A stretch of 64,000 nt of DNA, taken from a bacterium (GTDB taxonomy: Bacteria > Patescibacteriota > Patescibacteriia > Patescibacteriales > GWC2-42-12). The first letter of the stretch is position 1, and each line of letters opens with the position of its first letter. Where the stretch lies: positions 1,687-65,686 of the forward strand of contig JAUSEG010000011.1 in assembly GCA_030650415.1 (NCBI GenBank). The letters are read 5' to 3'. Below are positions 55,315-64,000 of the stretch, one piece after another. Below the pieces are notes generated by a model. The model was not told the origin of the DNA, did no database searches, and saw only the letters and a program-made list of their open reading frames with translations. Both the position numbers and the translations under genes were made by a program.

Positions 55315-56404
55315 ACTTATTTATATAATCGGCGAATTCCTTTTTTCTAATTTCATTAATTTCACGAAAATATTTTTTATCATAAAATTTCTCTAAAGTT
55401 AAAAGCGGTACAGTCTGTCCGCCGAATCCTTTCTTAAAATGCGAAATGTTAATTTCTTTGGCCGTGGGCAAATCGTATGGCAATGGGCCGGACTGCTGGA
55501 TGCCGATATCGTAAAAATTCATGCCACGACTTTTCATCCACAGCATAGCTTCCCATTCCAAGCGATGCCTAATCGGCAAATATTCAAAGTCGGGGTCATT
55601 GGCGGCCGAAAAGCCCTCGGCCTGCTTCTTGTATATGGTATAAAATTCAAAACCGATATTTTTTTGGTTTAAACTCGCTACAACTAAAAAGCCAAGTCCT
55701 CTTTTGGCTTGGTCAAACATTAACTCAAAGGTCTTATTCGGGCGAGTTTTTCTTCCTGATGCCTTATGGTGCATTTCTTTATATTCATAAAAAATTCCTT
55801 TGGTAATATTCATGTTATCATAAAATTTAATCTCAAATTTATCGCCTTTTAGAATACTTCTTCGATGATTACGACGCAATTCATCCCATAATACTTTTTC
55901 TTCTTTCCTCAAATCTATCAATTGAGTACTTAAAGAAATATCATTAAAGCCATGACTTATCAGGCGTTTATATTGGCCGCCCTCCGCAACCTTATCAAGA
56001 AAAAGCGGCCTTAATCTTAATCTTAAGCGCTTTACCTTACTCTCGGCTGCCAAACGATCTATTTCTGTAAAAATAAGTCGATAAATTAAATCTTGTTCTG
56101 CCACCGTTAAGTTATCCGACAACGCCGGAGCCGGTATGGCCCCACCGCAGCCACTAAAGGAAAACTCAAAAAAATAATTTTCGTTCAAACCAATAACTTC
56201 TAAAATTAAGGGAATGATCGCTAAAATTTTATTTTGCCGCCCGATAAAAAAACTAAAATTTTTCGTTTTTAACTCCGGCTTATAATTTAAAATATACTCT
56301 AAAGTATCCGAGGTGTGCCAAAACCAAGCGCCATCGCTTTCTAGGCAAAATTCATCCCAATCTTTATATTCATTCTCAGTCAATTTGGTAATTTTATAAT
56401 CCAT
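55295..56404 (-). CDS. GNAT/FemAB-like acyl- or aminoacyl-transferase
   Basis: WDEF, IDL....LW..LR...RR.I.K, FKKGFGG. Confidence 0.7.
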   Translation of the reverse strand: MDYKITKLTENEYKDWDEFCLESDGAWFWHTSDTLEYILNYKPELKTKNFSFFIGRQNKILAIIPLILEVIGLNENYFFEFSFSGCGGAIPAPALSDNLTVAEQDLIYRLIFTEIDRLAAESKVKRLRLRLRPLFLDKVAEGGQYKRLISHGFNDISLSTQLIDLRKEEKVLWDELRRNHRRSILKGDKFEIKFYDNMNITKGIFYEYKEMHHKASGRKTRPNKTFELMFDQAKRGLGFLVVASLNQKNIGFEFYTIYKKQAEGFSAANDPDFEYLPIRHRLEWEAMLWMKSRGMNFYDIGIQQSGPLPYDLPTAKEINISHFKKGFGGQTVPLLTLEKFYDKKYFREINEIRKKEFADYINKYEKPIK

Positions 56405-58019
56405 AACGTGATTTGCTTATTGACATTTCTATTAATTGTTTGTTTTTATTAAACCCGCCTGTTTGAAAACCGATTTTTTTATAAATTCTGATTGCCGGTT
56501 TGTTCCCCGGATAGACGCTAAGAATAATCTTATTTATTCCTAATTTTTTAAAAACATATTCCAATGACAGCTTAGTTGTCTCAAAACCAATTCCCCTTCC
56601 CCAATAATTTCTATCGCCGATTAACATGCCAAATCTAGCCTCTTGTTTATGTCCCTCAACCGGTTCTATCTTTACCGTACCGATATGTCTATGGCTTTTT
56701 TTATCAAAAATACCCATAAAAAAGATCTGGGAATTTTTAGAGTTACGCGCCAAATAATCTCTCAAACCAACCAAGGTACAATTTTTAGTCTCGAGGTATT
56801 TATTAACTTCTTTATCATTTAGCCAGTCACAATAATTCTGAGAAGTATCATTTAGATTCAATTTTCTTAAATACACTTGTTGGCCTATTATTTTATAGCC
56901 GTTTCTTTCCGCTCCGGCTAAAAAATATTTTTTTATCAAACCGGTAATAAATTTGACTTGGGCAATTGTCAAGCCCGGATAGCACGGTAGAGTCAGGCAA
57001 GAGCTTTGATATATTTCTTCATTAATTAACTTAACGTTTTGATAACCATTATTTCGATAATACGGATGGGAATATACAGCCGGGTAATGGAAATTAACAC
57101 CTACACCTTGGCTATTCAAATAGGCTGCTAGTTTATCCCGGTCTTCCGGATCAACCGCCCTGATCACATAAATATGACAAGAGGAATAATCATTCTTTAA
57201 TTCTAAGGGCAAAATGATTTCCCTTGTTCCTGCCAGCTCCTTTCCATACCATTTAAAAACTTTATGCCTTTGCTTGATAAATTTATTAATTTTACTTAGC
57301 TGGTTTACGCCTAAGGCCGCTTGAATATCGGTTAAACGGTAATTAAAACCCATCTCAATCATGACATTTTTCCCTTTTTTATCTTTATAAATGCCGTGGC
57401 TCCGCAAAAGCTTCAATTTATCGTAATATTTTTTATTATTGGTCAAAATCGCGCCGCCCTCGCCGGTAGTGATGCTTTTTACCGGATGAAAACTAAAAAC
57501 TGACATATCGGTATTCAATGAACCAATTTTTTTATTTTTATATCTGGCTCCAAGAGCGTGACAAGCATCATCAATCACCATTAATTTATATTTTTTAGCA
57601 ACTTTAATTATTTTATCCATCTCGCATGGCTGCCCGGAAAAATGAACCGGCACAATCGCTTTGGTTTTCCTGGTTATCAATTTTTCAATTTCATCTTCAT
57701 CAATATTGTAACTATCAATTCTGATATCGCAAAACACCGGCTTAACACCTAAAATTATTAGCATGTTCGCAGTGGCCACAAAGGTGTTGGCAGTAGTTAT
57801 TACTTCGTCGCCTTTCTTTAAGCCGGCCGCAAAATATGCCAAATGCAATGAGGCCGTGCCGCTCGAAACTGCCACAGCATACTTGGCCCCACAATATTTT
57901 GCCAAAGCCTTTTCAAATTCTAAAACTTTCGGTCCCTGTGTGAGCCAATCTGATTTTAAAACCTTAGCAACTTCACTCATATCCTTTTTATCAATAAATT
58001 GGTGGCCGTAAGGTATCAT
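56394..58019 (-). CDS. pseC: PseC-type aminotransferase fused to a C-terminal GNAT N-acetyltransferase
   Basis: IPYGHQ, LTQGP, DACHALG, FSFHPVKSITTGEGG; then IG...WGRGIG...N..AIR.Y.K.GF. Confidence 0.85.
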   Translation of the reverse strand: MIPYGHQFIDKKDMSEVAKVLKSDWLTQGPKVLEFEKALAKYCGAKYAVAVSSGTASLHLAYFAAGLKKGDEVITTANTFVATANMLIILGVKPVFCDIRIDSYNIDEDEIEKLITRKTKAIVPVHFSGQPCEMDKIIKVAKKYKLMVIDDACHALGARYKNKKIGSLNTDMSVFSFHPVKSITTGEGGAILTNNKKYYDKLKLLRSHGIYKDKKGKNVMIEMGFNYRLTDIQAALGVNQLSKINKFIKQRHKVFKWYGKELAGTREIILPLELKNDYSSCHIYVIRAVDPEDRDKLAAYLNSQGVGVNFHYPAVYSHPYYRNNGYQNVKLINEEIYQSSCLTLPCYPGLTIAQVKFITGLIKKYFLAGAERNGYKIIGQQVYLRKLNLNDTSQNYCDWLNDKEVNKYLETKNCTLVGLRDYLARNSKNSQIFFMGIFDKKSHRHIGTVKIEPVEGHKQEARFGMLIGDRNYWGRGIGFETTKLSLEYVFKKLGINKIILSVYPGNKPAIRIYKKIGFQTGGFNKNKQLIEMSISKSRYGL

Positions 58020-58023
58020 AAAT

Positions 58024-59016
58024 TTATAAATTTTTTAAATCTTTAACAATTTTAACCAGCTGTTCGCTTAATAGCCAATTATTATTGGTGTGGCTTTCGT
58101 AACAAAAATCCGGTGATAATTTTTTACCTTGTTGATAATACTTTTTGTACACTTCTGACAAAAATTGATAGCATTCACTTAAAATAATATAATAATTCCC
58201 CACTTCCACCGTATGCCTGGCTTCTTCCTTTGATAAAAGCATCTCATGAATTTTCTCTCCCGGCAGAGCACCGATTACTTCTCTTTTTACTCCCGGCTCA
58301 AGGGCTTCGAGAAAATCTACTAACTTCATACTGGGAATCTTGGGAATAAAAATTTCCCCTTTTTCCATATTTTCTAAGGCAAACATCACCAGTTCAAAAC
58401 TTTGCTCAAGAGTAATCCAAAATCTAGTCATTCTTTCATCGGTAATGGATACCGGCTGATGGCTCAACAACTTATCCACGATACTGCCCCGGCTACCGAT
58501 AACATTGCCGTAACGCACGCAGCTAAATTTGGTTTTACCGTCAGAATAAGAATTACCGCTAATGAATAATTTTTCGGCGCAAAGCTTGGTTGAACCATAT
58601 AAACTTGTCGGCTGGGCGGCTTTATCGGTGGAAACTAAGATGGCCCTTTCCACCCCCTGGTCAATGGCGGCATCAATTACATTTTGACTGCCCAAAATAT
58701 TAGTTTCCACTGCTTCAAAGGGATTATATTCCATGGTGGTGACCTGCTTTAAGGCAGCGGCATGAATGACTATATCAACGCCGTGGAAAGCGCGCTGCAA
58801 GCGGTGCAGGCTTCTGACGTCGCCGATAAAAAATCTGATCCTTTGGTTATTTTTCAATTCTACCTGCATTCGCGATTGCTTAAGTTCGTCCCGGCTAAAA
58901 ATTATAATTTTTTTTGCTTCAGAATTATTTAAAAGATACTTAACAAAACTCTTGCCGAAAGATCCGGTTCCGCCGGTAATTAAGATAGTTTTATTTCTTA
59001 AAATTTCCATGGACAT
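58024..59016 (-). CDS. pseB: UDP-N-acetylglucosamine 4,6-dehydratase (inverting)
   Basis: TGGTGSFG, SRDELKQ, HAAALKQV, EYNP.E, STDKA, RYGNV.GSRGS, MTRFWIT; adjacent to pseC. Confidence 0.88.
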   Translation of the reverse strand: MSMEILRNKTILITGGTGSFGKSFVKYLLNNSEAKKIIIFSRDELKQSRMQVELKNNQRIRFFIGDVRSLHRLQRAFHGVDIVIHAAALKQVTTMEYNPFEAVETNILGSQNVIDAAIDQGVERAILVSTDKAAQPTSLYGSTKLCAEKLFISGNSYSDGKTKFSCVRYGNVIGSRGSIVDKLLSHQPVSITDERMTRFWITLEQSFELVMFALENMEKGEIFIPKIPSMKLVDFLEALEPGVKREVIGALPGEKIHEMLLSKEEARHTVEVGNYYIILSECYQFLSEVYKKYYQQGKKLSPDFCYESHTNNNWLLSEQLVKIVKDLKNL

Positions 59017-59020
59017 ATAT

Positions 59021-60457
59021 TTATTTTAATTCATTAATTATAATTCTTAAAATATTATCAGTACAGTCTTGCTTGGTTATTTTTTTATTCCTATTAAAAT
59101 AATTTTCCACAAACCCGTGAATACTGGCTATTTCTAAGGCCTTAAAGTAATTTATAATCGACTGATTATCGGATTGATAACCACTTTCGATTTTTCTTAT
59201 CGCCGACCGGCAAGTTTCCACATTATTAACTTTAAAAACGCCCGGGCAATCACTGTACCACGCGTAACCAAAAACTAGGGCCGGCTTGCGCCGCACAGCC
59301 GCCTCCCAGCCGGCTGTGCCTGTAACTGTCGCCACTGCTTGCGATTGCTTAATTAGAAAAAAAGTGTCTGTTTTAACAGGAATCAACCTAACCTTATCTA
59401 TTTGAGAAATCTGGCGATAATATCCGGGGTAACGACTATCAGTAAAGTTCAAACCGAAACCTAGCCAAGTCGTTGGATGTTCTTTAACGTAGATTACCCA
59501 ATCTTTTGGCAATGAACTCGCTAAAATTCTAATCATTAATATTTGATTAGTGAAGACCCCGCCCATCGGACTGGTTGAACATTCAGGCTGATAATGCAAA
59601 GGCACATAAATAAATTTTTTAGTAAAATCTGGCCGAGGTTCATAAAAACGGTGATATTCTTTTTGCGGGTTATCAATCAATAATTTTTTTAAATATAATG
59701 GAACTTTTTTAAATATAGTAAAATCCCTTAAGCTTTTTAAGGTAATTCTTATTTTTAAAATAATTTTATTTTTCAAGCTGCCCTTCTTTAAAAAATCTTG
59801 AATATAGCTTGGGGTAGCATCATTGCCTTCGGTTGTATTGAATTTATAATATAGGCGCAAGTCTTCACTCAAATCTTCCAAAGAAAAATTTTTGTCCTTA
59901 TTTCTGGTTGACTCCGACAATAACTTCCTAGAACCCTCACGAATATTATCATACCAAATCATTCTACCGGCTATCCCGATATCGTGAAATATCAATACTC
60001 TTATATTTTGCTGACGCGCCATTTCATAAATTATATAGTTATAGCCAGGATGCGGAGGGGCGGATATAATCATCGCCTCTGGCTTATATTGATTAAATAC
60101 TCCATTCCAATAGCTTAACCAGCCATAGTAATAATTTTTTCGTTCATCTACGCATATTCCTTTAAAATGCTTATTCATCATGGTTAAAATTATTGATTCA
60201 GCGCTTGAAAATTTATTGATTAATTCTTCGCTGGGTGGATCAAATTTGACTTGTTTCAACTCGTTTGGCGGAACGCCTATCCAAGCATCCCAATGATCAT
60301 GTAAAATTATTCCGGAAAATTTTCCTTCTTCTTTTTTAGCTTTTACAAATTTTTTATTGGCTACCCAATAGACTAACTCGTGTCCGTTTTTCTTTAAGCT
60401 GGAAACTAAATTTAAAAATTCCGGACTATCATCTAACCAAATCAATAATATACGCAT
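59021..60457 (-). CDS. Capsule-synthesis (KpsS/KpsC-like) glycosyltransferase-type protein
   Basis: PLHYQPE, VKEHP, TGTAGWEA...KP..VFG..WY. Confidence 0.7.
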   Translation of the reverse strand: MRILLIWLDDSPEFLNLVSSLKKNGHELVYWVANKKFVKAKKEEGKFSGIILHDHWDAWIGVPPNELKQVKFDPPSEELINKFSSAESIILTMMNKHFKGICVDERKNYYYGWLSYWNGVFNQYKPEAMIISAPPHPGYNYIIYEMARQQNIRVLIFHDIGIAGRMIWYDNIREGSRKLLSESTRNKDKNFSLEDLSEDLRLYYKFNTTEGNDATPSYIQDFLKKGSLKNKIILKIRITLKSLRDFTIFKKVPLYLKKLLIDNPQKEYHRFYEPRPDFTKKFIYVPLHYQPECSTSPMGGVFTNQILMIRILASSLPKDWVIYVKEHPTTWLGFGLNFTDSRYPGYYRQISQIDKVRLIPVKTDTFFLIKQSQAVATVTGTAGWEAAVRRKPALVFGYAWYSDCPGVFKVNNVETCRSAIRKIESGYQSDNQSIINYFKALEIASIHGFVENYFNRNKKITKQDCTDNILRIIINELK

Positions 60458-60478
60458 AAAAAATAAATAATTAAAATT

Positions 60479-61513
60479 TTAAAAGTTTTCAACCGACAAT
60501 AATATTTTTTTTATCCCCGCCACCGTCAATTTTTTAACATTTTTAGAAGAATAATCTCCTGTTTTAGCCTTTCTGGCCCCCAGATAACAGTCATTTTTTA
60601 AAAACTCATAACCAGAGCTTGGCTCCAATAAATTCGGCAAAACGATAAACATGTCATCCAATTCCAAGGCGCCAATAGATTCTTCGATGGTTAGCAGCTT
60701 TTCATGGATTCTTTCACCACCGTTTTTTCCAATAATCTTCACGGAAACTTTCTGACTAATTTTATTTTTTTCACAACAGACCTCTGTCACGGCTCGAGCT
60801 AAATCTTTTAAAGTTACGACCGGCATTTTTAGCACAAAAATTTCATTATTCTTCATTAATTCAACAGATTTAAAAACCAGTCGGACCGCTTGCGGAATTG
60901 ACATAATAAATCTTGTCATCTTCGGATCGGTAACTGTAATCGGCTGACCAGACTTGATTTGGTTAATAAATAATGGGACGACTGACCCGCGCGTGCCCAA
61001 AACATTGCCAAAGCGTACACAGCAAAATTTTGTTTTCTTCTTTCCTTTATAAAGGAAGCTGGCTAAAATCAATTTTTCCGCTAGAAGCTTGGTACAACCC
61101 ATAACATTAGTCGGGTCCGTGGCTTTATCGGTTGAAATCATGATAACTTTGTCAACTTGATTGGCGTAGGCGCAATCAATCACGTTTTGCGTCCCCTGTA
61201 CATTGGTTTTGACCGCTTCAAAAGGATTCCTCTCGCAGGCTACTACATGTTTTAAAGCGGCCGCATGAAAGACAATATCAATATTTTCCATTGCCATGTT
61301 CAATCGCTCTTTATCGCGCACATCGCCAATTAAAAAATTCACCGATGCCGGCGGGTAAATTTTGTGCATCAATTCAAACTGTTTAGTTTCATCGCGGCTA
61401 TAAACCCTAACCTGATAAGGCTGGCACTTTAATAGTTCTTTAACAATCGCCGAACCGATTGAACCGGTGCCGCCGGTCACTAGTATTCTTTTATTTTTAA
61501 ATTCATTGGCCAT
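60479..61513 (-). CDS. CapD/FnlA-like nucleotide-sugar 4,6-dehydratase
   Basis: TGGTGSIG, FHAAALKHV, STDKA..P.NVMG.TK, RFGNVLG.RGSV, MTRFIM. Confidence 0.88.
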   Translation of the reverse strand: MANEFKNKRILVTGGTGSIGSAIVKELLKCQPYQVRVYSRDETKQFELMHKIYPPASVNFLIGDVRDKERLNMAMENIDIVFHAAALKHVVACERNPFEAVKTNVQGTQNVIDCAYANQVDKVIMISTDKATDPTNVMGCTKLLAEKLILASFLYKGKKKTKFCCVRFGNVLGTRGSVVPLFINQIKSGQPITVTDPKMTRFIMSIPQAVRLVFKSVELMKNNEIFVLKMPVVTLKDLARAVTEVCCEKNKISQKVSVKIIGKNGGERIHEKLLTIEESIGALELDDMFIVLPNLLEPSSGYEFLKNDCYLGARKAKTGDYSSKNVKKLTVAGIKKILLSVENF

Positions 61514-61523
61514 AAATTTAATA

Positions 61524-62648
61524 TTAATGATTCAATCTATTTATTTCATTTAATAGTTTAGCAATTATATATTTACAGTCCTGCTCAGTTAAACCGAGAT
61601 AAATCGGTAAAGCCAAACTATATTCGCTCATTTCTTCGCTGATCGGAAAATCGCCATTTTTATAACCGAATAATTTTTTATAAAAATTAAACAAATGGAT
61701 AGAGGGTAAATATGGTTTCGTGCTGACGCCGATATTTTTTAATTTTTTTATTAGTAAATTGCGATTAATTTTTTTATTTTTTATTTTAATGACATAAACA
61801 AACCAGGTATGAGTATTTCCCGCGGCAACGCTCGGCGCCTGGATTAACTCGCTATAAGGCGCTAAAATTTTATTATACCAAGCGGCGATTTTCCTCCGCT
61901 CCCTAATCATAAAATCAAGTTTAGCGAGCTGGCTTATGCCTAAAGCGCAGCTCATTTCATCCAGCCGGTAATTATAACCCAAATATTTGTGATCCAGCCA
62001 TTGATCATTTTCCGCCCGCCCTTGATTTTTTAAACTCTGGCAGATTTCATAAATTTTTTTGTTATTGGTTACGATCATGCCGCCTTCACCAGTGGTCATC
62101 TGCTTATTTGGATAAAAAGCGAACACTCCGGCCTGGCCGAATGTGCCGGCCGGCTGGCCTTTATAAGTCGCGCAGACTGACTCGCAGGCGTCTTCAATAA
62201 TCTGTAATTTATATTTTTTAGCCAATTTCATAATCTGGTCCATCTCACAGGGTTGGCCAAAAATATGCACCACCAAGATCGCTTTAGTTTTTCTGGTAAT
62301 TTTTTCTTCAATTTTATCAAAATTTATATTATAAGTAAGCGGGTCAATATCAACGAATACCGGCTTAGCGCCGACATATAATATTGAATTGGCCGAGGCC
62401 ACGAAAGAAAAAGGCGTGGTTACCACTTCGTCCCCTGCGCCTAAGCCGCAAGCAAGCATTACCAGATGCAAGCCGGCCGTACCGCTAGAAACCGCACAGG
62501 CATATTTTACGCCTAACTTCTTGGCAAATTTTTTTTCAAATTCGCTGATTTTTGGCCCCAAGCTCAAATAATCGGAATCTAACACGGCTAAAACGCTTTT
62601 TTTATCTTTAGCCGTAATATAGGGCTTGGCGATTGGATAATATTTCAT
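61524..62648 (-). CDS. DegT/DnrJ/EryC1/StrS aminotransferase
   Basis: SSGTAGLH, EDACE, FYPNKQMTTGEGG, GYNYR. Confidence 0.9.
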   Translation of the reverse strand: MKYYPIAKPYITAKDKKSVLAVLDSDYLSLGPKISEFEKKFAKKLGVKYACAVSSGTAGLHLVMLACGLGAGDEVVTTPFSFVASANSILYVGAKPVFVDIDPLTYNINFDKIEEKITRKTKAILVVHIFGQPCEMDQIMKLAKKYKLQIIEDACESVCATYKGQPAGTFGQAGVFAFYPNKQMTTGEGGMIVTNNKKIYEICQSLKNQGRAENDQWLDHKYLGYNYRLDEMSCALGISQLAKLDFMIRERRKIAAWYNKILAPYSELIQAPSVAAGNTHTWFVYVIKIKNKKINRNLLIKKLKNIGVSTKPYLPSIHLFNFYKKLFGYKNGDFPISEEMSEYSLALPIYLGLTEQDCKYIIAKLLNEINRLNH

Positions 62649-63064
62649 TTTGATTTATTTGTTAGCTTTTTTATTATTTTAATCGGTACTCCGCAAGCGA
62701 TTACATTGGGCGGAATATTTTTGTTAACGAAACTAAAAGCACCTATCACGGAATTCTCTCCGATAGTAACTCCGGGCATAACCACGCTATGCGAACCAAG
62801 ACAACATTTTTTTTTCAACACGACTTTGCCAATTTTATTATCAATAGTAGATACTGAATAGATAGAACAATGCGATCCGATTTGCACCTCGGCCTCAATC
62901 GTCACGCCGTATTTAGCGTTAATATAGGTAAAAGCTCCAATATCGGTTTTATAGCCCAGCTCGAGATTATTCTTATTTTGAACCAGCCAATTATATTTTG
63001 TCAGTTTTCCTTCTTTAATTTTTGGTTTTTTCCAATTGTTAAATCTTTCACTTATAAATTTCAT
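62645..63064 (-). CDS. Hexapeptide-repeat acyltransferase
   Basis: IGAFTYI, VMPGVTIGENSVIGA.SFV, GVP. Confidence 0.85.
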   Translation of the reverse strand: MKFISERFNNWKKPKIKEGKLTKYNWLVQNKNNLELGYKTDIGAFTYINAKYGVTIEAEVQIGSHCSIYSVSTIDNKIGKVVLKKKCCLGSHSVVMPGVTIGENSVIGAFSFVNKNIPPNVIACGVPIKIIKKLTNKSK

Positions 63065-63711
63065 ATTATTTCTCTAATAATAATAAAAGCTTCTGCCGCC
63101 AGTAAGCCAGATTCTACTCCCCTCTTCTTGGCCATGACAGTTATGCCTTCCAAGGATCTCGGATGGGGATATTTTCTTAATTCGCTTTTATAGCAAGCCA
63201 TTGCTTTTAATTTATCTTTTAAAGTTTCTGTTATATCCATATACAATGTAGGCATAAATTGTTTTACTCCCCAGGCTGCCCCCGAAGGAGTTTCATAGGC
63301 TAAAATCTTTTTTATTTTATTTCTAAACGGTCTGGCGGAAACAAGGCAGGCCTCAAAAACTAAACGATGATCTTGGTTTAAATCTCCGACATAAGGAATA
63401 TATAAAATTTCAGGATCAACTTCTTCTATAACTTCGCTAATTTTATCATTTAACTCCTTTTGCGGAATTGTATCAAGCTTGACGGTCGGCAACTCTAAAA
63501 AATACGTTTTTTTAAATCCTAAAACCGCGTTGGATTTCTTTATGTCTACCGCCTTATCTTTCAGATATTTTTCAGTCCAATCGGGCGCATAGGCCTTAGT
63601 AACAACACAAAGAAAAGCCTCGTCTCCTTCATTCACGTATCTTTTAATCATTCCCCCGCAGCCTAAAACTTCGTCGTCGGGATGAGGAGCGATAACCAAT
63701 ATTTTTTTCAT
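63061..63711 (-). CDS. PIG-L/LmbE-family deacetylase (second paralogue)
   Basis: APHPDDEVLGCGG, DLNQDH, YPHPRS. Confidence 0.88.
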   Translation of the reverse strand: MKKILVIAPHPDDEVLGCGGMIKRYVNEGDEAFLCVVTKAYAPDWTEKYLKDKAVDIKKSNAVLGFKKTYFLELPTVKLDTIPQKELNDKISEVIEEVDPEILYIPYVGDLNQDHRLVFEACLVSARPFRNKIKKILAYETPSGAAWGVKQFMPTLYMDITETLKDKLKAMACYKSELRKYPHPRSLEGITVMAKKRGVESGLLAAEAFIIIREII

Positions 63712-63721
63712 AATATTAAAG

Positions 63722-64000
63722 TTATTTTCTTACGGACACAATAAAATGAGAGACTTTCCTGGCCATATTATTTATGGTTCTCTCCGTGTACTCAATTTTA
63801 ATATCACCAAATTGCCGCCACTGTGATTTTAGCTCTTTTTTATCAAAAAAATGGATAATTGTCTGCGTTTCAACAAAATTTTTTATGTAATAAGTGTCTT
63901 TTTCCATCCTCGCTCCGCCTTTATATAAAGAGTCGCGCTTGGTTTTGCATAATGAGAAAATACGGCCGCCCGGCTTTAAAATTCTCTCCATCTCCGATAT
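63722..64000 (-). CDS. Class I SAM methyltransferase, 3' part
   Basis: E..RILKPGG and HFF..EL; frame stays open to the window edge. Confidence 0.65.
   Translation of the reverse strand: MSEMERILKPGGRIFSLCKTKRDSLYKGGARMEKDTYYIKNFVETQTIIHFFDKKELKSQWRQFGDIKIEYTERTINNMARKVSHFIVSVRK

Noticed and set aside
553-63193. Short ORFs antisense to or nested in recognised genes (e.g. 847-1107, 29009-29545, 43084-43533, 26153-26605)
   Set aside because: Shadows of well-supported genes, with no motifs of their own.
1-64000. Recoded TGA (genetic code 25)
   Set aside because: Conserved genes are full length in the standard code, and TGA serves as a plausible stop at 17566 and 62645.
1-64000. tRNA, rRNA, transposase or integrase genes
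   Set aside because: None recognised by eye; a covariance-model and profile scan would be needed to exclude divergent ones.

Overview
Gene-dense, AT-rich bacterial window, almost all on the minus strand, that reads intact in the standard bacterial code. Gene content (VirD4-like ATPase plus partner, sigma70-r4/HARE-HTH protein, AT-rich starts without Shine-Dalgarno) suggests a Patescibacteria/CPR (Parcubacteria-like) genome; this is an inference. Contents: mutM (partial), pduL, pfkB, galU, a hicBA pair, a dTDP-rhamnose/glycosyltransferase region (5-21 kb), housekeeping genes (murB, mreBC, secDF, secA, hpf, rseP, frr, holB), and a pseudaminic-acid-like surface-glycan modification cluster (45-64 kb). 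The main signal is a family of short palindromic elements with no mobiliser visible in the window. Several types (TGTCAT...ATGACA-ended, ACCCCG-ended, 7-mer-repeat hairpins, 16-32 bp micro-palindromes) fill many intergenic gaps from 0.4 to 45.3 kb. They nest up to three deep, show compensatory changes within single arms, end exactly 11 nt before the start codon in seven cases, and occur in-frame in secA (4 sites), rseP and pfkB. Also notable: a promoter-gene-terminator cassette bracketed by bipartite inverted repeats (3394-4089) and a SecD with two inserted parvulin domains. Several CDS starts were moved from the ORF track because the extensions are translated repeat DNA. All calls are by-eye motif recognition; no searches were run.
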